Assembly: GCA_046052785.1 (NCBI GenBank)
Contig: JAVLFR010000024.1
Span: 1 to 39,694, forward strand
Direction of reading: 5' to 3'
Length of the DNA: 39,694 nucleotides
DNA from: Limnohabitans sp.
GTDB lineage: Bacteria; Pseudomonadota; Gammaproteobacteria; Burkholderiales; Burkholderiaceae_C
Position numbers and translations under genes: made by a program. Shown here piece by piece: positions 26,716 to 34,906 of this stretch; positions within the stretch are counted from its first letter, which is position 1, and each line of letters begins with the position of its first letter. The notes beneath the pieces were generated by a model. The model saw only the letters and a list, made by a program, of their open reading frames with translations. It was not told the DNA's origin and searched no databases.

Positions 26716-26860
26716 ATCGAAGGTCTTGCTTAGCTTGTAATAAATCAGTTATGTGCCCAACCCGCCGGAAGCCTAGGCTTCGTATTGACGACTGGTTGAT
26801 CGTGACATGTGGCCAAGGCCAAAATCTGAACATGTGACGATTGAGCTACTCCCCATCGAT
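26716..26860 (-). promoter_or_regulatory. yybP-ykoY (Mn2+-sensing) riboswitch
   Basis: The minus strand reads ATCGATGGGGAGTAGC...CGTCAATACG...GGC...GCAAGACCTTCGAT, the conserved yybP-ykoY motifs. P1 is ATCGAtGG/CCtTCGAT, there is an internal stem ATCGTCACATGT/ACATGTCACGAT, and the element lies upstream of a TerC gene. A TAAACT -10 candidate is at 26867..26872. Confidence 0.9.
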
Positions 26861-26938
26861 AAGTTCAGTTTATTGTGTAAAAAGATTTATCGCTATTCCC
26901 CCATGATTTATGTGGCGATGTATCGGGATAATGGATGC

Positions 26939-27889
26939 ATGACCTCAGATATTTCGTCCATTCAATTGCAAGGCATTGCCCCCCTGCCCCATTTGGGCAT
27001 CATCCGCGCTGAGGGTGCAGATGCGGCCAGCTTTTTGCACAACCAAATCACCAACGATGTGCTGTTGATGCAAGACGACCAGTGCCGCTTGGCTGCATTT
27101 TGCAATGCCAAAGGCCGCATGCAAGCGAGTTTTGTGGTTTACAAGCGATCAGCAGAGGAACTGCTGCTGATTTGTCGCAAAGACTTGATGACGCAAACCA
27201 TCAAACGCTTGTCGATGTTTGTACTTCGCGCCAAAGCCAAGCTAAGCGACGCCACAGAGGCGTTTGAGTTGTTGGGTTTGGCGGGCAACACGATCGGCCA
27301 AGCCTTACTTGGCAGTCCTTCAGCCGCAACAGAAGCACTTGAGCCTTGGCAACGCCACACCTTGGGCGATGCGGATGTGCTGACCCTCTACCCCGCTTTG
27401 GGCCAAGCACGCGCTTTGTGGCTGGCGCCCAAAGAGATGGCCGCACCCACTGGCGTAGCCCTCAGTCCCGAGCGCTGGCAAGTGGGCGAAGTGATGAGCG
27501 GCATTGCTTGGGTCGAACTTGCCACCTTCGAGGCCTTTGTGCCGCAAATGCTCAACTACGAATCGGTGGGAGGGGTGGACTTTAAAAAAGGTTGTTACCC
27601 TGGCCAAGAAGTTGTGGCGCGCAGCCAGTTCCGAGGCACCCTCAAGCGACGTGCCTTCATTGCACAGAGCCCTGTGCCCATGGCAGCGGGTCAAGAAGTG
27701 TTCTCCAGCTTAGATGCCACACAGCCTTGTGGCTTGGTGGCTCAAGCGGCTAGCGAGGGGGCTTGCCATGTAGCGGTTGTTGAGTTGCAGCTGAACGCGA
27801 CTGACAACAGCACGCTCCATTTAGGGGCCGCCCAAGGCCCCACATTGACATTGCTGCCATTGCCCTACCTGCTGCGCAACGATATCTAA
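26939..27889 (+). CDS. ygfZ: Folate-binding Fe-S cluster repair/tRNA-modifying protein YgfZ
   Basis: G.DAASFLHNQITND, KGRM, KRLSMFVLRAK and the signature KGCYPGQEVVAR. Start placed at ATG 26939. Confidence 0.95.
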   Translation: MTSDISSIQLQGIAPLPHLGIIRAEGADAASFLHNQITNDVLLMQDDQCRLAAFCNAKGRMQASFVVYKRSAEELLLICRKDLMTQTIKRLSMFVLRAKAKLSDATEAFELLGLAGNTIGQALLGSPSAATEALEPWQRHTLGDADVLTLYPALGQARALWLAPKEMAAPTGVALSPERWQVGEVMSGIAWVELATFEAFVPQMLNYESVGGVDFKKGCYPGQEVVARSQFRGTLKRRAFIAQSPVPMAAGQEVFSSLDATQPCGLVAQAASEGACHVAVVELQLNATDNSTLHLGAAQGPTLTLLPLPYLLRNDI

Positions 27890-27915
27890 GCTCACCGCTT
27901 GGTAAGCGTCATGAT

Positions 27916-28356
27916 TTAAACCAAAGCCAAGCGCATCTCCACATGCGCAATGCCCACTTCATCAAACGGCTCACCGACCGCCACAAACCCACGAGCGCTA
28001 TAAAAATGCTCTGCCGTGCGTTGGGCACTGAGGCGCACTTCTTGGTGGCCACGTCGACGGGCTTCTCTTAGAAGGGCTTGGAGCAACCGAGCGCCGTAAC
28101 CGAGCCCTCGCGCCTCTTTCAACACAGCCATGCGCCCAACTTTGGCCACGCTCAAAGACGGTTGAAGCAGTCGCGCATTGCCCAAAGCTTGGCCATTTGC
28201 ATCAAACAGCACGGCATGCAAGGCGGTGGCGTCCTCTGGATCCCACTCGTCTTCGGGGGCGATGCCCTGCTCTAGGACAAACACAGCCGTGCGCACCGCT
28301 TGGGCAGCGTTTTGCATCAAGGGCCAATCGCCAATTTCGATGTAGGTCATTGGCAT
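27916..28356 (-). CDS. GNAT-family N-acetyltransferase (YjcF/ElaA-like)
   Basis: VR..VFVLEQG, KVGRMAVL...RGLGYG acetyl-CoA motif, LSAQ, FY...GF and FDEVGIAHVEM. Start is ATG 28356 or 28350. Confidence 0.9.
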   Translation of the reverse strand: MPMTYIEIGDWPLMQNAAQAVRTAVFVLEQGIAPEDEWDPEDATALHAVLFDANGQALGNARLLQPSLSVAKVGRMAVLKEARGLGYGARLLQALLREARRRGHQEVRLSAQRTAEHFYSARGFVAVGEPFDEVGIAHVEMRLALV

Positions 28357-28360
28357 CGCA

Positions 28361-29314
28361 TCATGACCCAAACGCTTGCAGCAATGCCCGTGCAGCATCA
28401 TTGTGCGCGGTCAGTGCCTCTGGAATCACCCGTCCCATTTGGATGAAACTGTGCACCACGCCTTTGTAAATTTCTAAGTCCACGGCGACACCAGCTAAGC
28501 GCAGATGGTCGGCATAAGCCACGCCCTCATCCAACAACGGATCGCATTCGGCCAAACCCAGCCAAGCAGGAGCGACACCCGACACATCGGCCAGCAAGGG
28601 TGAAAAGCGCGGGTCATGACGATCGACGGCATTGGGCAGGTAGTGGCTATAGAAGTACTCAATGCTGTCTTTTTCAAGCAAGAAGCCTTTGTCAAATGTG
28701 TGAGCAGACGCCATGTGCACAGGCGAGCAGCCAGGATAGAACATGAGTTGCAGTCTCAGGTCAATCCCTGCATCACGCGCTGCAATCGCCGTGGCCGCTG
28801 TCAGCGTGCCACCCGCGCTGTCCCCGCCTATGGCGATGCGCGTGGTGTCTAGCCCAAGGCTGGCGGCGTTGGCCACCAACCATTGCAGGGCATCTAGGGC
28901 ATCGTTGTGCGCGGTGGGAAAGGTGTGCTCAGGCGCCAAACGGTAGTCCAGCGACATCACCACGCAGTGGGCCAAATGGGCCAAGTGTTTGCAAAGTGCT
29001 TCATGGGTTTCGGGGCTACCCACCGTAAATCCGCCGCCATGCAAGTAGAGCAACACTGGCAAATTGGGCTTGGCATGTTCGGCCCAGAGTTTGGCGCGCA
29101 GTGTTGAACCATCTCGGGTGGGCAGGTGCAGCGTGTCGTCACGCGCCATTTTTTGGGCATTCACCTCCAACACGCCAGCTCCCAAAGCGTAGGCTTTTTT
29201 GGCTTGTTCAGGTGTCAGCAGCGCCAAAGGCAGTCGGCCTGTCTTGGCAATGGCCTTCAGCACATCTCTCATGGCGGGGGTCAACAGGCTTTGCGGGTGA
29301 CGTCGGTGGCTCAT
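28361..29314 (-). CDS. Alpha/beta hydrolase, HSL-family esterase (Aes-like)
   Basis: HGGGF oxyanion motif, DYRLAPEH.FP, GDSAGG nucleophile, DPLLDEG and G..HSF. Confidence 0.93.
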   Translation of the reverse strand: MSHRRHPQSLLTPAMRDVLKAIAKTGRLPLALLTPEQAKKAYALGAGVLEVNAQKMARDDTLHLPTRDGSTLRAKLWAEHAKPNLPVLLYLHGGGFTVGSPETHEALCKHLAHLAHCVVMSLDYRLAPEHTFPTAHNDALDALQWLVANAASLGLDTTRIAIGGDSAGGTLTAATAIAARDAGIDLRLQLMFYPGCSPVHMASAHTFDKGFLLEKDSIEYFYSHYLPNAVDRHDPRFSPLLADVSGVAPAWLGLAECDPLLDEGVAYADHLRLAGVAVDLEIYKGVVHSFIQMGRVIPEALTAHNDAARALLQAFGS

Positions 29315-29329
29315 GTTTTATAGTGTGCC

Positions 29330-30487
29330 ATGTCCCAAATCCTCTACCTCACCAACATCCAGATTGATTTTGGCGTGCTCGCGACCCTTGGGGTCGAGTG
29401 CGACAAGGCCAACATCAAACGCCCGCTCATCGTGACCGACCCAGGCGTCAAAGCCGTGGGTATTTTGCAAAAAGCGCTTGACGCTTTGCACGAATTACCG
29501 GTCGCGGTGTTTGACCAAACCCCATCCAACCCCACCGAGGCTGCCATTCGCGCGGCTGTGGAGGTCTACCACGCGCAGCAATGCGACGGCTTGATTGCCT
29601 TGGGGGGCGGCTCCTCGATGGACTGTGCCAAGGGGGTAGCGATTTTGGCGACGCATGACGGTGCGCTTAAAACTTACGCCACCATCGAAGGTGGCTCGCT
29701 CAAAATCACGCCCGCGGTGTCACCGATCATTGCCGTGCCTACCACCGCCGGCACTGGCAGCGAGGTGGCGCGTGGTGCGATTTTGATCGTGGACGATGGA
29801 CGTAAACTGGGTTTTCACTCTTGGGCCTTGGTGCCCAAAGCGGCTCTTTTAGACCCCGAATTGACCCTCGGCTTACCCCCTGCACTGACGGCAGCTACAG
29901 GCATGGACGCCATTGCCCATTGCATGGAAACCTTCATGGCTGCGCCGTTCAATCCACCCGCCGACGGCATTGCCTTGGATGGACTGACGCGCGGTTGGGT
30001 GCACATCGAGCGCGCGACCCATGATGGGCAAGACCGCGAGGCACGTTTGAACATGATGAGCGCCTCCATGCAAGGCGCGATGGCGTTTCAAAAAGGCTTG
30101 GGCTGTGTGCATTCGCTCAGCCACAGCCTAGGTGCTGTCAACCCGCGCTTGCACCACGGCACCTTGAATGCCATGTTTTTACCTGCGGTTGTGCGCTTCA
30201 ATGCCCACGCCGAATCGGTGCATCTTCAGCGCCGCATGCAGCGCATGGCGCATGCGATGGGCCTCGGCGAAATACAACACCCCCTACAAGCGGCCGAGGC
30301 GATTGCCCTGGCTATCACAGCCATGAACGTCCGTTTAGGCTTACCCAAAGGCTTGGCTGAAATGGGTGTCGAGACAGCGTGGTTTGACAAAATCATTGAT
30401 GGGGCCCTGGCCGATCACTGCCACAAAACCAACCCGCGCTTGGCCACTGCGCAGGACTACCGCGAGATGCTGCAAGCCGCGATGTGA
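29330..30487 (+). CDS. Iron-containing alcohol dehydrogenase (4-hydroxybutyrate dehydrogenase-like)
   Basis: GGGSSMDCAK, PTTAGTGSE, GMDAIAH, HSLSH and HHG metal ligands. Confidence 0.94.
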   Translation: MSQILYLTNIQIDFGVLATLGVECDKANIKRPLIVTDPGVKAVGILQKALDALHELPVAVFDQTPSNPTEAAIRAAVEVYHAQQCDGLIALGGGSSMDCAKGVAILATHDGALKTYATIEGGSLKITPAVSPIIAVPTTAGTGSEVARGAILIVDDGRKLGFHSWALVPKAALLDPELTLGLPPALTAATGMDAIAHCMETFMAAPFNPPADGIALDGLTRGWVHIERATHDGQDREARLNMMSASMQGAMAFQKGLGCVHSLSHSLGAVNPRLHHGTLNAMFLPAVVRFNAHAESVHLQRRMQRMAHAMGLGEIQHPLQAAEAIALAITAMNVRLGLPKGLAEMGVETAWFDKIIDGALADHCHKTNPRLATAQDYREMLQAAM

Positions 30488-30495
30488 GTACGTGG

Positions 30496-30783
30496 CTAAG
30501 CTTCGTAAAAGGTGCCCACCACGTCGGCCGCCTCTTCTCGCAAAGGAATCAGGGCCTGATAAGCCGCTGAGTCATGCCAAGCTTGCGCATGCGCCAACGA
30601 CGCAAAACGAATCGCCACGATATGACGGTGAGGACTGCCATGAGGCTGCAGATGCGGCTGCTCACCCCTGAACACCAACTCAGCCTGCCAAGGCGCTAGG
30701 GTGTCAGGCACTTTGCTTCGGTACTCGGCCCATTGAGCTTCATTTTTGACAGTGATTTGGCCCACAAAAAAAGCATGTTTCAT
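30496..30783 (-). CDS. DUF1330 family protein
   Basis: EY...V..TL..W...LVFRG, IRFASL..A.AW..S.AYQ.LIP.R pattern; SD AGGA. Confidence 0.85.
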   Translation of the reverse strand: MKHAFFVGQITVKNEAQWAEYRSKVPDTLAPWQAELVFRGEQPHLQPHGSPHRHIVAIRFASLAHAQAWHDSAAYQALIPLREEAADVVGTFYEA

Positions 30784-30795
30784 GGCGATTCCTAG

Positions 30796-31869
30796 TTAAA
30801 GACGATGAACAACCGATAGATTGGGCTGAAGCAGCCAAGCCGCAAACTCCTGCGCCAATTGCTCACTGGCACCCACTGCCTCATTCCAAACCTTTACACG
30901 CCCCTCAAAGTCTGAGGCATAACTCACAAAGTCGCTGCGGTCTGGCAGCTTACGGTTGGGCAAGGTGGAGACCCATTCGGGACGGGGCGCCAAAACAATG
31001 GTGTTGTCTAAAAACGGGGTGGGCCGATGCCGCCACTTCAGGGCTTTGTCTAGCCAGCCCGGCACCACGGCTTGTTGAAAGTGGGGGTAAAGAACCAAAG
31101 GGCTTTTGGCCAAGCCGTTGTAGTTAAGGTGCAAATGGTAGTCCGTGATGCCGCCATCCCAATACGCGCCAGGGGGCGCATCGGGAATCTCGTGCACGGC
31201 TTGGAGTATGAATGGGATGGCGCAACTGGCTTGCAGCGCGGCCATGAAGTTGTACTCGTTGAGCCTGAGGTGTTGGGTCGCAAAGTCACTCGCATCAAAT
31301 GGCAGCTCACCTCGGCTAGAAAACACCACGCGTTCTAACCACGCGCCCATGGCTTTGCGGTGCACGGCATTGCACAGGTAAGCGCCTGCGTAACCCAAAG
31401 GCGTCAACACCGGATGTTCGCGGTGCAAGAGGTGTTTGCCACGCGAGGTCATCACATGCAGTCGGTAGCGCGGGTGGTTCAGCACTTCGCTGATATGTCC
31501 CCCATAAAAAACTTCCAAAGTTTGGCGAAACTCCTGGCTCACCTGCTGGGCGGTGGGACGCGTTTGACCTTTGGGCACTTTGTAGTCTTGATGAATATAG
31601 TCATGCAACAAGCGGTCAAAACCTTTAACCGGCTGATCCAAACAAGCCGTGGCCATACGCCATGCGCCAATCGATGCCCCCACCAAATCAATGGGCTGCG
31701 TGCTTTGTGTGAGCCACTCGCCAAACAAAAATCGGTCGAGCGAGCCAAGTATCAAACCCTTGGGACCACCCGCCGCAGCGGGAATCACGTCGATGTGCTC
31801 GGGCTTCAAGCCATGGGTCTCAAGGTGAGCCAAGGCTTTGGGTCCAGCGAAAATCTGCAGCGCTTTCAA
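30796..31869 (-). CDS. Patatin-like phospholipase family protein
   Basis: AAGGPKGL, GASIG (GxSxG), ASCAIPF and WDGG; TTG start. Confidence 0.88.
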   Translation of the reverse strand: MKALQIFAGPKALAHLETHGLKPEHIDVIPAAAGGPKGLILGSLDRFLFGEWLTQSTQPIDLVGASIGAWRMATACLDQPVKGFDRLLHDYIHQDYKVPKGQTRPTAQQVSQEFRQTLEVFYGGHISEVLNHPRYRLHVMTSRGKHLLHREHPVLTPLGYAGAYLCNAVHRKAMGAWLERVVFSSRGELPFDASDFATQHLRLNEYNFMAALQASCAIPFILQAVHEIPDAPPGAYWDGGITDYHLHLNYNGLAKSPLVLYPHFQQAVVPGWLDKALKWRHRPTPFLDNTIVLAPRPEWVSTLPNRKLPDRSDFVSYASDFEGRVKVWNEAVGASEQLAQEFAAWLLQPNLSVVHRL

Positions 31870-31884
31870 TGGGCGGCCTTGTCC

Positions 31885-34293
31885 TTACTTTTTCAAACCT
31901 TGCAGTTTGGCAAACGCACTTGCCATCGCTGAACCTGCGCCCGCTTGCGGCGCTGCAACGGAGCCGCTGCTGTAGTTGCCGCCGCCGCGCTGACGGTTGT
32001 CACGACCCGCTTGCTCAAAACGGTTATCGCGTGGACCATCGCGTTTGACTGGTGCACCATCCATCTTCATGGTCAGACTGATGCGCTTGCGGGCCACGTC
32101 CACTTCCAAGACTTTGACTTTGATGATGTCGCCCGTCTTCACCACTTCACGGGCATCGCTGATGAATTTGTTGCTCAGTTGACTCACATGAATCAAGCCG
32201 TCTTGGTGCACGCCCAGGTCCACGAAAGCACCAAAGGCGGCCACGTTGCTGACCGTACCTTCGAGCACCATGTCGACTTTGAGGTCTTTGATGTCTTCCA
32301 CGCCGTCTTGAAGTTTGGCCACTTTGAAGTCTGGGCGTGGGTCACGCCCTGGTTTTTCGAGTTCGCTCAAAATGTCTTTGACGGTGATCACACCCACGGT
32401 GTCGTTGGCAAACAGCTCTAGCTTCAAGGATTTGAGCATGTCAGCACGCCCCATCAGCTCGGTCACCGCCTTGCCCGTGTGCGCCATGATGCGTTCAACA
32501 GTTGCATAGGTTTCGGGATGCACCGCCGTCATGTCCAGCGGGTTGTCACCGCCTCTGATACGCAAAAAACCCGCGCTTTGCTCAAACGTTTTCGCACCCA
32601 AGCCCGTGACTTTGAGCAGCTGTTGGCGGTTGACAAACGCGCCATGGGCTTCGCGCCAACGCACCACGGCTTTGGCTGTCGTGGTGGAGAGGCCTGACAC
32701 ACGGGTCAGCAGCGGCACGCTGGCGGTGTTGAGGTCCACCCCCACTTTGTTCACGCAGTCCTCCACCACCGCTTCTAGCGTGCGGGCAAGCTCGCTTTGG
32801 TTCACATCGTGTTGGTACTGGCCGACGCCAATGGATTTGGGGTCGATCTTCACCAACTCGGCCAAGGGGTCTTGTAAGCGACGCGCAATGCTGGCTGCGC
32901 CTCGCAAGCTCACGTCCACGTCGGGCATTTCGTTGCTGGCGTATTCACTGGCGCTGTAGACAGACGCCCCGGCTTCGCTGACTACCACTTTGTCGATGAC
33001 CAGATTGGCCTCGCGCTTGGCCGCCGCTGGCTGCGAGATGAGCTTGATGAGTTCACCGGCCAGCTTGTCGGTCTCTCGGCTGGCAGTGCCGTTCCCAATG
33101 GCAATCAGGTTCACGCCGTGCTTGTCGGCCAACTTGGCTAAGGTGTGAAGCGAGCCGTCCCAATCTTTGCGGGGCTCGTGTGGGTAGATGGTAGATGTTT
33201 CCACCAGCTTGCCCGTGGCGTCGACCACCGCCACTTTCACGCCCGTACGAATCCCTGGGTCTAGGCCCATCACCACGCGTGGGCCAGCAGGTGCGGCCAA
33301 CAGCAAGTCACGCAGGTTGTCAGCAAACACGTTGATGGCCACTTTCTCGGCCTCCTCACGCAGACGGGTGAACAAGTCACGCTCTGTCGAGAGGCTCAGC
33401 TTCACGCGCCACGTCCAAGTGACACATTTGCGAATCAGGTCGTCCCCTGCCCTGGCTGAATGGCTCCAGCCGAGGTGCAAGGCAATCATGCCTTCGGCCA
33501 AGCTTGGCTTGCCCGTCTCAGGCTTGGCATGGACACTGGCCGCTGGTTCGGGCATCACCAGTTTGGCATCCAAGATTTCCAGCGCACGACCACGGAACAC
33601 GGCCAAGGCACGGTGCGATGGCACGCGGCCAATCGGCTCGTCGTAATCAAAGTAGTCTCGAAACTTCGCCACGTCTGGGTTGTTTTCGTCCTTGCCTGCT
33701 GCGAGTTGACTGCGCAACAAGCCTTCTGACCACAGCCATTCGCGCAAGCGTTGAATCAAAGTGGCGTCTTCAGCCCAGCGCTCACTCAAAAGGTCGCGCA
33801 CGCCATCGAGTACGGCGGCTACCGTGGTGAAATCGGCCCCCTCAATCTTTCCCGCAGGCAAGATGAATGCTTCGGCCTCCACATTTGGGTTGAGCGTGGG
33901 GTCGGCAAACAGTTTGTCGGCCAACGGCTCCAAGCCTGCTTCTTTGGCAATCATGCCCTTGGTTCGGCGTTTGGGCTTGAAGGGCAAATAAATGTCCTCC
34001 AGCTCCTGCTTGGTCGGCACCGCTTCAATGGCGCTCAACAACTCGGACGTGAGCTTGCCTTGTTCCTGAATGCTTTTGATGACCGTTGCGCGGCGATCTT
34101 CGAGCTCACGCAGATAGCCCAACCGTGCTTCGAGTTCGCGCAATTGGATGTCATCCAAGCCCCCCGTCACTTCTTTGCGATAGCGCGCAATGAACGGCAC
34201 GGTGGCGCCACCGTCAAGCAGCTCCACAGCAGAGCGGACTTGTGTTTCGGAAATCTTGATTTCGTGGGCCAGTTGCCTCGTTATTTTTTGCAT
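31885..34293 (-). CDS. tex: Tex family RNA-binding transcriptional accessory protein
   Basis: GATVPFIARYRKE, GLDPGIRTG.K, IAIGNGTASRET, VSEAGASVYSAS, ARRLQDPLAELVKIDPKSIGVGQYQHDV and a C-terminal S1 domain. Start placed at ATG 34293. Confidence 0.97.
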   Translation of the reverse strand: MQKITRQLAHEIKISETQVRSAVELLDGGATVPFIARYRKEVTGGLDDIQLRELEARLGYLRELEDRRATVIKSIQEQGKLTSELLSAIEAVPTKQELEDIYLPFKPKRRTKGMIAKEAGLEPLADKLFADPTLNPNVEAEAFILPAGKIEGADFTTVAAVLDGVRDLLSERWAEDATLIQRLREWLWSEGLLRSQLAAGKDENNPDVAKFRDYFDYDEPIGRVPSHRALAVFRGRALEILDAKLVMPEPAASVHAKPETGKPSLAEGMIALHLGWSHSARAGDDLIRKCVTWTWRVKLSLSTERDLFTRLREEAEKVAINVFADNLRDLLLAAPAGPRVVMGLDPGIRTGVKVAVVDATGKLVETSTIYPHEPRKDWDGSLHTLAKLADKHGVNLIAIGNGTASRETDKLAGELIKLISQPAAAKREANLVIDKVVVSEAGASVYSASEYASNEMPDVDVSLRGAASIARRLQDPLAELVKIDPKSIGVGQYQHDVNQSELARTLEAVVEDCVNKVGVDLNTASVPLLTRVSGLSTTTAKAVVRWREAHGAFVNRQQLLKVTGLGAKTFEQSAGFLRIRGGDNPLDMTAVHPETYATVERIMAHTGKAVTELMGRADMLKSLKLELFANDTVGVITVKDILSELEKPGRDPRPDFKVAKLQDGVEDIKDLKVDMVLEGTVSNVAAFGAFVDLGVHQDGLIHVSQLSNKFISDAREVVKTGDIIKVKVLEVDVARKRISLTMKMDGAPVKRDGPRDNRFEQAGRDNRQRGGGNYSSGSVAAPQAGAGSAMASAFAKLQGLKK

Positions 34294-34506
34294 GGTTTCT
34301 GTGTTTTTGGCAAAGCGACGGAGTTTGCCACAAGCCGACACATGAGCAGAACTTAAAAAGTTGAGCCAGCATGGTTAAAAGTTGCAAAAATTACAAAAAT
34401 GACAGCGCTTGAATTGAATTTCTAAGTATTCATAATTTCATCGCGCTTGCCTTGAACGAACACTTGCGCACAACTTAGCTTCACATAACGATTACTTAGA
34501 GCGGAA

Positions 34507-34535
34507 TTGCGTGCTTTTGCAGTGATTTATACGAT
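34507..34535 (+). promoter_or_regulatory. Sigma70-type promoter, probably leaderless, for the lipoprotein gene
   Basis: TTGCGT (34507)-17 bp-TACGAT (34530)-6 bp-ATG (34542); no SD sequence. Confidence 0.55.
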
Positions 34536-34541
34536 GCAAGC

Positions 34542-34898
34542 ATGTCAAGCCATCACATTCTGCCGCGCCTATACACCCTGTGTATGGTGTGGTTGGCTGC
34601 GCTGATCTCTGGCTGCACAACGATTGGTGAGGTGGAATACCAAGCCTTCACCCCGATGAAGCCCGAGACTCGGTTGATGAATCAGGTCAAACTGACTTGG
34701 GAAGTACGCGAAGACGTGGGCGACTTTTGCATGCGCGCACAAAAGAACCAAGCCAATTTAACCCAAGTCAAACCCCTTGCCTGTGCCATGTGGGTGGCCG
34801 CGACAAATGAATGCAAAGTGGTCACGGGACCGAACCCCAACCATGTGGTGCTCGGCCATGAGGTGCGTCACTGCTTTGAAGGTCACTTTCACCGCTAG
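34542..34898 (+). CDS. Small hypothetical lipoprotein with a C-terminal HExxH motif
   Basis: Hydrophobic signal ending in the lipobox LISG-C; C-terminal VLGHEVRHCFEGHFH. Confidence 0.75.
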   Translation: MSSHHILPRLYTLCMVWLAALISGCTTIGEVEYQAFTPMKPETRLMNQVKLTWEVREDVGDFCMRAQKNQANLTQVKPLACAMWVAATNECKVVTGPNPNHVVLGHEVRHCFEGHFHR

Positions 34899-34906
34899 GG
34901 GTGAGA

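Noticed and set aside
26807-26938. Longest-ORF N-terminal extensions (ygfZ from 26807; likewise tadA 5235, holB 23719, hypothetical 26055, terC 26690, GNAT 28401, tex 34341)
   Set aside because: They overlap neighbouring genes, the riboswitch or promoter regions. Downstream ATGs have better support from ATGA coupling, an SD, -10 spacing or a family-typical N-terminus.
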